The notes beneath the pieces were generated by a model. That model saw only the letters and a program-made list of their open reading frames with translations, was not told the origin of the DNA and did no database searches. From Marsupella aquatica (Eukaryota > Plantae > Marchantiophyta), in contig OZ316892.1 of NCBI GenBank assembly GCA_973895155.1, forward strand, positions 29,952,932 to 30,016,931: a stretch of DNA of 64,000 bases, given 5' to 3'. The translations under genes were made by a program, and so were the position numbers. Position 1 is the stretch's first letter. The number at the start of each line of letters is the position of its first letter. Shown one piece after another: positions 25,924-36,809 of this stretch.

Positions 25924-28900
25924 TCAGGCGTCTGCTCCCGAAACATGAGATACTTCTGAGGAAGATCCTATTTTGACATTTAAGCCATCCTTCCCTTGAA
26001 GTAGCGGGTTGACAATTGCCAGTGGTTTGATGTTTCTATTTTGCAATCCAAGAGCATCAACCTTTTGGCTCAGCTGCTCATAATCTTGCAATGTTTTCGT
26101 CAGCTTTCGCTTCATTTCCGAGATCTCAACCTGCAGTGAGTGTACTGACCACCAAAAAGAATGAGATGTTGCGTCTTGTCGTACTTCTTGGAGCTTCTAA
26201 GGAGGCTAGCAGGGAATAACTGTCATCAGACCATCACAGCACTTCAAGGTTTGAAGGTCCTTAGTTACAAAGTCCAGGTTAGTTATCGGGATATTTTATT
26301 GGACACATTTGTACGTCTAAAGTCGAGCCATTGCTGACCTAGCCAAGAGCGATGGCAATTACCTTCCTGAAGATTGGCGGCGCTAGCTTCCATGACACGA
26401 CTCGCATACTTCAAGCGCTGCAGGAGCTTCATAGAGAGTTCTTCAACCCCAATAATCTTGTATCCTAGTTCCTCCTAAAGCAAATGACAAATCACGAGTA
26501 TTAATGTCCCCGACCAAAAGCATACCTACACCACAAGTCAGTATCCGACAGCTGCCATCCTCAGAATGTCAGAGACCCTCTCTTTCACTCTCGTAGGATG
26601 GAGCACAGGAATTCACTTTGACCTAGGACCTCCAGATTCCATCATCACGAGAAAAAAAATGTGAGGATTCTCAGTGATAGGAATAATCTAATTGCATCGT
26701 TCAGCTCAAACGCTATGGCTGTGTCCCTGGCCGATTAGACGATTCCATAAAGAGAGGAGCACGTATTTCAGAGAAACGAGTTCTGAGTATTTCAATTTCA
26801 TGCTAAAACGCCGACACTTGACCGAACATTCAGAAGAAGCTCTAACTTTGCTAGAATTCTTCACCAAGGCGAGTATCTTGTATATTATGCCCGTAGAGTC
26901 CATGGCATGGCGTGCCAAGCCGTGCCCAATAAAGGTTGACAATGAAGTGTGCGGACAAGGGTCCCACATGGAAAATAGGAACCTTGAAATCCAACAAATC
27001 ACAAGACCAGAAAGAACTTGCCTGATTTTTCCCTACTTTTGCAGCTGTCGATCTCTGCCATTCCTGATACAACTCAAAGAGTTTAACAGTTGTTGTTGGA
27101 TCCAAACCCTCTGCCAGAGAGAACAAAAACCGACTTCAGTAAGAAAGCGGCCTTAATAAAAATAAAAAACACTCCAAAGCACATGAGAAGTGTAAGAAGT
27201 CAGCTAAAAAGGATTTGGCTCTATTTCACAAGTTCAATGATCTACACAGTATACATTTGGCTGTGGGCGAATGCAGATGTTGACTCTAACATTGAGATCA
27301 AACGGGAAACGACCCGTAGGGCCGTTACCTTTAACATTCAAGACATCGGATAGAAAGCTTAGAGACACCCTCATCGCTTTGTGTTCACTCCGAGCTTTGA
27401 AAATAAGGCTATACTTATCCCTAAAAACTATGCCGCAGTCCTTGTGCACAGTGTTTTAAGAAAAATGATTTTTCCAAGTGGTGAGGTGTCAATATTTTAG
27501 TACGATTTCACCATAGTGACAGAAGACAGGGACATACCCTACTCACCAGAAGCCTGTGATGAGGACCGTCGCAGAAGGATATCTGTCAAACTGGCATCAG
27601 TTGTTTGCAACTTCGAGATTGGCGTAACCTGAGCGAACCCACTAAAGACCGTTAACTGCAGGAAAAACTTCTTGCCTTCCACAGCATGAAGGACATTAAA
27701 CAAAGGTAACACAACCGGCAACGACACTACTCTGATGAGAGGCTACTGCAAAACTGGGTCTAAAACATCCAACAACTGTACCCTGTGCCGATCCTTGGCT
27801 ATTTAAAATTGGCCGAGTTCAGTATAGAAGGCTATGAAACCAAGCGGACAAACCAGTAAAATTTACATGGTGATTTAAACAAATCAGTAAAAACTTCGCC
27901 TTTTTACATCTTTATTTAGAGCTGCTGATGAGAGGATGGGCAATAGTTCTATAAGCTTGAAATTAATTAATCAAGAGTAAAGGCGTAGAACAGTAAAGTC
28001 TAATGACTATGATCTCATTGTTTAGCGAAAGCCCTCCTGCATAGAGAACTATGTCTTGGTCATGCAATCTCCTTCAACGCTCTTGAACTAGTCCCTACCC
28101 TTGATCAGTATGGTCCAGAGAATTCTACCTGGTAACATAACTGACCACTTGTGCACCACTTGAATGCAACTCAAGCGACAGAATCAAACATATATGAAAC
28201 AACGGCAAGCATCTCAAACAAACAGAAGAAGCAAATTTATAATTCCAAAATTCAAGACAGAAACCTACAATTTGAAGATTCCGGAGCTTCTCCAAGATGG
28301 GATCCGCCGAGTCCTTTTTTCCTTTGGTGCTCAAATCACCTTCATGGAAACCCTGCTGAGGAAACGAACGTAGCTGTAGTGTAAGCTGGTATAATGCTGT
28401 GGATTGGCCCTTGATTAATATCACGAATCTCAGACTCCCAGTCATCTATAATTATGGGCAAATGTACATAGGAACTGAGTAGACACGGTTTACCTAATAA
28501 AAACCTTCATGATTCACAGCACAGATTGGTTTGCAAAGGAGGCTTAAAAATAGAACTGCAAGAACTGGTGGGAACATAAGTGAGACTGATTTGATTTCCT
28601 CAACTGCACCCTCATTCACAAATCGCAATATCTACAATTGCATAAAAAGGCATCCCTTATGAACCTATTGACCTTAATCAAACCAGAACTGTAAGCCCGT
28701 GCCATGCACCATATCGGTAATGAAAATCAAACTTTCAAAATCTCGTCCTGAGCGAAAGGTGATATGGATGATACGGACAGGCAGAGGAGAAAAGGAGGCT
28801 ATGGCACTAGAGGAACAGAAACCTGGGTTGGGAATCCATAAACGGGAAAATCCCTACAGCACAGAACTTTCGCTCACTGTATTATATATATGCAGTTAAT

Positions 28901-29576
28901 GATGACCACCTTGTTTAATCAACAATATTTTCACGATGGAACTAGCCCAGCATTTCATCATCTGTATAACGGTGCACATCCATTTTGATGTAAGTTCGTG
29001 TCTCACTCAAATCAGAAATCTGAACGTTAGTCAGTTCGACATCTGATTGCAATTAGTAAAAATACCAGCTCTCCAGTCATCCCCTGCGTTTGCTGCCCAC
29101 TTACGCTACTTCTATGACTCTTGAGATATTTGCTAGTCTACTTTCAAACACACAGATAAATCCATTCTTTCGTTCATTCATTTGCTGCCAACTTCGCTGC
29201 TCTGCATCAAGCCCCAGGGTATATTTCCGTCGTTTCAATTTTAATGTGCTCAATCAGACTCCACTTGGCAATATATTCCAATTTATGACCTTGGCAAATT
29301 AGGTCCAACTTCGATTACGTGGCTTCTTGGGTTTCGGTCGAATAAAACTCTGTCCATTCTTTCAGACACTCTCCGTAAGTTCGCTAGACTACGCAAACGG
29401 AGCTAAATCTCTAACTCGTTGATACATTCTCCCTCACAAATGCACACATCCCCGACCTGAAGTTCTCTGCGGCCAAAGCGTGATGTCCATATAGCGATTC
29501 GTTCAATCTTTTGTTGTGTCAGCGAGATCAACCATGGCAAGCAGCATACCTGGGGAGACGATATTGTAGACCCCAT
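25924..29576 (-). CDS. Conserved plant coiled-coil protein with N-myristoylation motif, BORCS5 (myrlysin/LOH12CR1)-like, 6 exons, ~200 aa
   Basis: Exons 29576-29550 (MGSTISSPQ), 28355/28352-28269, 27628-27547, 27110-27022, 26474-26363, 26144-25924 join in frame. Blocks DPILEKLRNL, SLTDILLRR, LFELYQEWQ, KLLQRL, VHSLQVEISEMKRKL resemble an angiosperm family I recall (At1g01730-like). The BORCS5 label is recalled, not searched. Confidence 0.8.
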
Positions 29577-30566
29577 GCTGTGACCGGAAACTCAGTCCCC
29601 AGTGTCCTCAGTTGCATCCAATTGAATCGTCCGGCACGAGGGGCCAACGAGAAGGCATTTTGCACACCAACTCCGATGCTCTCGAATGCCTGCTGCAGGG
29701 AAGAGGGTTCTTCTGAAGGGAAAAGCATTCTCAAGGAGGTGGCACTTGAGGAAGAAACCTGTCAGTTTCTGCGCTTTCTCGTTAGAGATAATTATACTAC
29801 CTCGAGTTCACTCTCGCCCTGGCGTGCTATGGTTGGCCCCAAGCTGCAGTGCTACAGCAGGATAGTGGGGGCATCTCCAAAGGTGGCACTGCAAAGTCAC
29901 CGGCATAGACCATTAGTTTGCAGTGCCTAATGTTAGAGCATCTCCAGCGTTGCTCTCTGTTCGGCCCGCAAGGGTTACTTTCAGGAGTTTGCCTCAACTT
30001 TCGCCCAAACCTTTCCCCACCCAGTACCTCCATTCCATAAATTATCACGGCGACGGCAATAATTTCAACCTCGCAACATCCAGTTTTTCTGTGGGAAAAG
30101 CGATCGACATGCAGTGCCCCTCCGCTAACCTGAAAATTAATCGACTGTGATGAAGCCAGCACGCGGCAGTAGCAGGCAGAATCCTGACAACCTGCTCGAA
30201 AACCTGCCTCGCGGGATTGAGATGATGGTCGATTTAGGCAAGATGGGTGGGGTCGGGGGGTGGGGTTCTACAAGCTTTTACAGGCTATGGACTTTGGGGG
30301 ATGCCATCTATGGCTGCAAACAGACCTGTTTAGAGGTTTGCGGCCACTGTGCTGGAGATGCTCTTAGGGCCTGGCTCTTTAGCAGCCTGGTTCAGCTTTT
30401 CTTTGCATACCACCCTCAACAGCCAGCGAGTTCCTCCAGCCAGGTCCGTGCCTAACCTGACTTCGGTGGGTTCCACTTGTCCCATATAGCAGAGAGTCAC
30501 AAATTACGAAGAGCTTTGTGTCTGTTGCAGCGTGTCGCAACGCCATTAGGTTTTCTGTCGCCAATA

Positions 30567-30729
30567 GAGGGATTTGCTTGATGGGACCCCAAAATGAAAT
30601 GTGTTACTTGACAGGACCCTGAGTGATCCAGACAATTGATTGACCTTGACCTTGAATCAATGTACCCAAAACTTCAGGATCCTATCAAGTAACGCAATTC
30701 ATTTTGAGGTCCCATCAAACAAATCCATC
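30567..30729. mobile_element. 163-bp Mutator-like MITE with ~55-bp TIRs and 10-bp TSD
   Basis: Left end GAGGGATTTGCTTGATGGGACCCCAAAATGAA..., right end ...TTCATTTTGAGGTCCCATCAAACAAATCCATC. Flanked by the perfect direct repeat GTCGCCAATA (30557-30566 and 30730-30739). Confidence 0.88.
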
Positions 30730-31189
30730 GTCGCCAATAACAGGTACTATTCTTTTGTGTGTGGACTCAGCAAGGTTGATGAGATGACTTCAAGTTGAGA
30801 AAGTGCCTCACCAAGGTTAGCAAAGTGGACTTTCCCTATACAATTTTACAACTTGGCAAGGCCACCAAGAGAAAAAAAAATATTTAACAAAATGATATTG
30901 TAGTTTGACAAGACCAACAAGTTTCACCAATATGGGTGACTGATAAATGATGAGGTTAACAACCTGGTTGTTCAATGGATCTATGAAATTTGGAAGGATT
31001 GGTGAATTTTTGTGGATGAGGATGGTTGTTCTTTGACTAATAAGTTTTTGTTCTAGCTCTTTGTGTGCATGTATGTCTTGCAGTCATGAGCCCAGTGTTT
31101 GAGAATGATACTTTTTATCCTCTTTGGGCTTTGTGCCCAAAGCCTTGCTCTTTATGTTAAACTAGCCCAATGCCACAGAAGATGTAAAG

Positions 31190-31401
31190 GTGAGTAAAAA
31201 ATGTGAAGGAGAGAAAAAATGTCAAAGAAAGAAAAAGATGTCTAGGCAAGGCAAAGATAACGATCGAGGCGACAAAAGATGCAGGATTAGATGTTGAGGT
31301 GAGAAAAGATATTCAAGCCAAAAAGAAAAAATGTCAAGGGAGGGTAAAGACTTTGAGGCAACAAAACATGTTGAGGCAAATGTTGAGGCGAGAAAAGATG
31401 T
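31190..31401. repeat. Degenerate purine-rich ~18-20-bp repeat array (gaggcgagaaaagatgtt-like)
   Basis: Recurrent aaaagatg and gttgaggc motifs. Confidence 0.55.
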
Positions 31402-31787
31402 GAGATGTTTGTGTCCACTTTAGGTGAACATAAGAAAGTCCTTCCATTTTGGCATTGAACTGTTGGAACAGTCCAAGGTCATTTTGATTTGGAGGCTTGA
31501 GTAGCAAGTGAAGTAGTATCTGATCCCCCAAGAACTAAGAAAGTTCCAGGATTGTCCTTTTCGGACCTGAAGTTTTCCTCCTTGCTCAGTACATCCTCTT
31601 AACTTCTATTCTCCAATTGCTGGTCTTATTTTTTGTAAAGAGATTGTGGCAAGCTTTCTTTTGCATTCTCAAAGTTCCAATCACACCCCTAGTTATTCCC
31701 TCCCAATTTATTTCTGCTTTTATCAGTGTCTTCAGCTTTGGTCAGAGCTATAACTGGTTAGCTTTAGTGGAGTTAGTTCGAATAGGG

Positions 31788-31894
31788 TAATGTCCTGGCC
31801 AGAGGGCATTCTGAGATATAATGCCCTGAAAAACGAGGGAGGTCGCCCAAGTTTTGAGGGCATTATTCTCATAAAGCCTGTCATTAGGACATTA
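31788..31894. repeat. 107-bp imperfect foldback (small MITE or hairpin RNA)
   Basis: taatgtcct...tgagatataatgccctgaaaaac pairs with gttttgagggcattattctca...aggacatta. Confidence 0.65.
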
Positions 31895-33896
31895 ATGTAC
31901 GTAAAAACTTGAGTGATTTCTTGGTAAGACAGAAGGAAAAGTGAATCTCTGAAATAGAAGATCCAAGTTCAAGGGCCATGCAAGAAGTGTTTGCTATGCA
32001 ATTGGCCAAAGACATGAAAGAAGTTAAAAGCAAATCTTGTCGATTTATTATCTTGTTTTATATGGTAACACTATATTTGGGTTTTACCTTTCTTACATTT
32101 ACGGTGCTTCACATAATGCCCTCTTCAAAAGAAGGGAGACTATATGGGAAATCAATGCACTCAAAAATACAAAGAGAACAATCACAATTTTTTTTACGAA
32201 AGCAGAAATCACATTTTATGGACGTGCTTACCAAAACCTATTTACCAGCTGAAATCAATAGTTCTATCAAAGGGTGCTTCAAGGTCACACAATCAAGATT
32301 GTACCACGATTCCTCATCATATCTCAATGCATGGGCCCACTAGTGTTGGTCCATTGAGTGCGCAGAGGTAGCTTGAGTTTACCTTAGAAATCCTTTGCGA
32401 GTTTAGAAAACAAATAGAAAGCTGAAATTGTTAGGCAATCCGCGAAATCAGCAGCTCTCTTCATTAAGAAGTACATTGCATGCTGTCTAAATGCCTGTCA
32501 TCCCATTGCTCCCAACTAATTTAATCCCCTAAAACTTGGGACAATGAGCTATGTGTAATGTAAGGTTGACACCGGGGTCAAGGTGGTGTAAACGTTTGCT
32601 CCCAGGTTTGCCTATCAGGTCTAAGAAAGGAGGAGCCGAATTAATTACTGTAACCTCGAGCTTCATGAGGGTTCACAACAACCTACATCTGCTGACCTTT
32701 GAAGAACTCTAGAAGGTACAGCAAATCCAGACAGATGACATATGGTCAAACACGTGTTTGTGGAGCGGTGCCAAATCCGATCATTTCTAAGTGAAAAAGA
32801 TGAAAACTAAAACATTCAGTGACAAGGTAAGGTAGTTCCTACTTATGGAGCGCTCAAGTGTATTAGTTCAGATCTGAAGTGTAGAAACTTCAACTTTGAT
32901 ACCGTTATTGGGAGAATTTGAAGAAGAGGATAATCATAAGGGGGAGGTGGAGAGAAACAACCAGTCTTCGATTGGATCCTTCTCAATGAACTCGAATGGA
33001 AGTTTTGCTACAACTTGGCCGTCCTGTATGCTCTAGGCAACTGATGGTATTGTCGCGGTGGTTTCTTATGTACTTAATTTGGTTAATTATGCTGATCTCC
33101 GCTTCGAAGGGTGGATGGAGGATACGATTTCTCAGCATATCTTTGGAGGACGATTCTCTTGTAAGTAGTGAGAGAGTAAAGATCTTCTTTCTATGACAGA
33201 GTCGAGATGACCCACCTACCGTGGAAGTTACTGCCGAAGGTATCTTCATCGTCACAAGTATCCGCACATTCTTCTTGAAATTTGTCGGACAGCGACAAGA
33301 AGATTGTGCGGATACTTGTCTTCAACCAATTTTTTAATTTCAAATAGATATTCTAATAGACTCGACATCAAGAGAATAATCAAAACAAAATTTGGTGATG
33401 TCGCAGAGCCACCGGTGTTGTATAAATTTCTGACGAACCGCAGCTTGGTTCAAACTAAAATCGACCGTCTAACCGATGATCTACAACGTGATTGAACGAG
33501 TCTGGCCACCGGTGACGATCCACATGTGGTGGAATGATACTCCGTGGTGGAATGATACTCCGTGGTAGGTTGCTCAATTCACCGGCAAACTTTCTGACAC
33601 ATCGCCTCAAAAGCTGGATTACGAGCACCCACTGAGAGGCCTCGAAGACATTAAGGTGTCGGTCAGAGGAGAGTCTGTTGAAGGCGGCTGATGCTCCGTT
33701 TTGAGTTGTTTCACTCCTCGTGATAGTATCAAATTGCTTTGAATCTCAAGCATAACTTTCGTTACCAGTGACATTCATGTAACCTTTCTCATGTTTCTGA
33801 AATTCTTGGTCGGAGGAGTAATGCTGGACATTTCCTCGATGAGTCAACTTCGGCGGACAAGGCTCGGTGCTTCCTTTCGCAATCGGTGCTTCCTTT

Positions 33897-33933
33897 CGCA
33901 ATTCATTTTGGGGTCCCATCAAGCAAATCCCTT
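33897..33933. mobile_element. Orphan right-hand TIR of the same Mutator-like family as 30567-30729
   Basis: ttcattttggggtcccatcaagcaaatccct is the reverse complement of the left TIR at 30567. Confidence 0.8.
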
Positions 33934-34562
33934 TGCATCTCAAGATCGTCGCACTTATTTTCCATCAGCATCGTGACAACACTGGAATCTGAATGCATTG
34001 AAACAACCAAAAAGCACTCTACCCATAACTTTAGGGTGGCTTTACAGCGCTCGTGACTTTTTGTCACCAAACGAAATTGGAGGCCGGGCCACTTCTTGCT
34101 CGAAAGATAAAGATAGATTCCAGACCAAATGTTTTTTGAAATGAGCTCCAATAAATGCAAATTCCTTGAACAAAGGAGCTAAAGTTTGAAAATATTAGGT
34201 GGTCTAAAATTCTAGACAAAATAATAACCATTTTACAACATTTACTCAGCCAATTATTTGCCATAAAGAGTAGGTTGCCATGACGAGTAGGATGGTAGAC
34301 ACTGGACACCATACCTGGATGGCTGTGTTCTTGTAAAGCTAAATACAGTTGTTTCCATTCATTAGGGTGGCTTTACAATAGTTGGGGGCTTCCTGCTCTT
34401 CTTGTTCCTTTTGAGATAAAATCTGGACCTTATGAAGAGTAAAAATTGTTACAACTTGCTTTACCAAGACTTAGGGCCCATTCAGGTATGCTAACTATTT
34501 CCATTCAAGCTATATTAAATTGATTCCTTCATACACTAAATATCTATTCTCAAGAGTGTGAT

Positions 34563-34633
34563 AGGTCTTGGGTTCAACTATTGTGGGCTGACTTTTCCCT
34601 TTCTGTGGGGTTTCACAGATTCCCCTTAAAAAA
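34563..34633 (+). mobile_element. 5'-truncated SINE-like retroposed insertion with A-tail and 11-bp TSD
   Basis: AAGAGTGTGAT at 34552-34562 and 34634-34644. Internal B-box-like GGTTCAACT. Ends in ccccttAAAAAA. Confidence 0.7.
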
Positions 34634-34977
34634 AAGAGTGTGATGGAATCCAATAGTTGTGAGAAACCATCATTTCACCCTCTCCCCTCTTAACTAGAGC
34701 TTAGTTCTGTTTCCTAAATTTACAGTTTTGAGTAACTTAATGTGTTGTTAGTCTGAGTCATTATGAGATAAACATGAGAGACCCACCATTTTTTTGAAAG
34801 GGATTCACAATAGTCTCAAAGCTAAAGAGTTGTCTACTAGAAGAAATGGCATGTGGAGATAGAATTGGGGCCAACACTTTATAAAGAAGTAAGCAGTTAG
34901 GAGAAGACAATTTGTAAATAAATAAGCATGAAGGCAAGGGTATCAAGTCACCCAAACTAATTAATTCTCACACAATC

Positions 34978-35322
34978 TCTTAGATATTGTTCTAGTCTTG
35001 TGATTCATGAGCTAACCACAGTTAATCTAATTCGGGTTAGAATTTAGCTAATGTTAGCAGTAGTGCTGTTGTGCATATAACCAGGGCTGATGCCAAACCC
35101 TGGGTGAAACTTAGGCTCATTGTTACGGAGTTAGTTGAGAGATAGAGAGAGCTTGTGTTGTTGATGTTTGGTATGGCCGATTGACCTAGAGTGGAGTAAA
35201 GTTCTTGTGTGTTCCCGTGGACGTAGCCTCATGTGAAGATGAACCACGTATCTTTATGTATTGACTATTGTGCGTTGGATAGTTTATGGGCTTGCCATTA
35301 CGAATGTAGTCTATGCTTAACA
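34978..35322 (+). mobile_element. Solo LTR, Ty1/copia type
   Basis: Ends T(C)TTAG...TTAACA with candidate 5-bp TSD CAATC on both sides. Contains TATAA and the copia-LTR motif CCCGTGGACGTAGCC...GAACCACGTA. A homologous copy lies at 54273-54552. Confidence 0.72.
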
Positions 35323-35495
35323 CAATCCAACAATGACAGAAAAAAAACTCTATATAATACCCTATAATACATGCATTTTGTGTCCTACTTTCAAGTGTGT
35401 AAGCAATGCCTCCGAGTTTTGGAGGAAACAATAGAGCTTTGCTTTATGCTAACTAAGGTAATCTTTTACAAGACCCACAACCCTCCTTCCTGCCT

Positions 35496-35584
35496 CTATT
35501 TTTTGTCTCCTTGCTGTGGACTCGTCTATTTCTTGTCTCCTTGCTATGGACTCGTCTATTTCTAGTCTCTTTGCTGTGGACTCA
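35496..35584. repeat. 30-bp tandem repeat x3 immediately 3' of the MTPSL stop
   Basis: ctatttcttgtctccttgctgtggactcgt units. Confidence 0.85.
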
Positions 35585-35589
35585 GTCAT

Positions 35590-36809
35590 TCATGTGCACT
35601 TGTAACGTACACAATTGTCATGCCAGTAGTGAGAACCTGTGAGAAAATGTCGTGCCCAATTACAGTATCTTGAAATTGCATGCTGATGTTCACGTGGTGT
35701 GATTTTTTCCAAATCAGCGATTGCGTTTTCCATCTCCGCCAGCTTATCCAACATCATCCGGAACACTTTGATTCCAGCCTCTGCATATGAGCATCCGTCC
35801 TCGTGGCTTACGACAATGACCAAGTTGTGCACATCTCCTTTCAAAGCTTCCTGCATGAAGAAAACATTGCAAGGTCAATTCAAGATCCACTCGTCAACCT
35901 TACTTATCTCAGTGATAATAATATATAAGCACAAATGAATATATGCTAGAACATGCATATACAGGGGCAGACAATGCTGTTCACACGTACCTTCTGGAAT
36001 GACCAAAGGTCATTATGCCATCCAAAGGCGTCACTGGCAGCATTAAGGAAGCGCTGCATCTCCGGACAATTAAAGATCTTATCGGGTAAATGTACCTTAT
36101 CCAGAAACTCTACCACTACCTGAACAAAAGAAAATCTCTATAAAGACTCATGAACCAGAGCAAGAAATGGAAAGACATGCAATGAAAACATGCTGCCTAT
36201 ATCGTAAGCACGGAGGAATCTAAATGCACGCTTTGAGTCTCCAACTGAAGCTTTGTCCGGGGCTGTGTCCAGATCTAATATCCACAAAACCTAGATTTAT
36301 TCAACTAGCCTGCAAATGTTCCGATCAATTAAATGTTCATGGTTTGACTGCTCTCTTGAATAACGACATTATCGACTTGAATGAGTGATCTGTCGCCCCT
36401 CCTTTTCATCAAATTAATTGAAACCTGGCCGAAAGAACACAATTGATTCCTCCGGAGAGCAGAAGTTAGTGTTATCATCCATGCGGTCATCAAAGATAAA
36501 CAACCAAATGTAGAATTTGGCCGCCCACGCTAATTCCTTTTTACCGCAATCTAGATAAACCACCATTGCGAGCTCGGCGAAGTCCGCTTTGTGAAGTGCT
36601 TCTAGTTCCTCAGGAGTCTTGTAAACCTCTTGCAGGGAGTACTCCTCCACCCAACTGTAGGCGTCGGCTTTTGCCTTATCGGCAAATGGGTTTCTCGTGT
36701 AAGAGTAGGGAGGTACGAAATTAGGGAGTCTGAAAGCCTTGATGCGCTCCAATTCTTCGTGAGTCAAAGTATTTTCTTCCACCTGAGGGACATCTGAGTC
36801 GATCGTCAT
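35590..36809 (-). pseudogene. Microbial-type terpene synthase-like (MTPSL) gene with a large internal deletion and frameshift
   Basis: Exon 36809-36425 carries WLFIFDDRMD (DDxxD). Exons 36119-35991 and 35850-35590 give NDLWSFQK|E (NSE/DTE), HNLV and WHDNCVRY (WxxxxxRY). Only ~57 codons separate DDxxD from NSE. The phase-1 donor does not match the phase-0 acceptor. Confidence 0.85.

Noticed and set aside
36120-36424. Possible hidden exon supplying the missing MTPSL core
   Set aside because: Only ~305 nt, intron-like, with a stop right after the donor in the exon-1 frame and no terpene synthase motifs seen; too short for the missing core plus two introns
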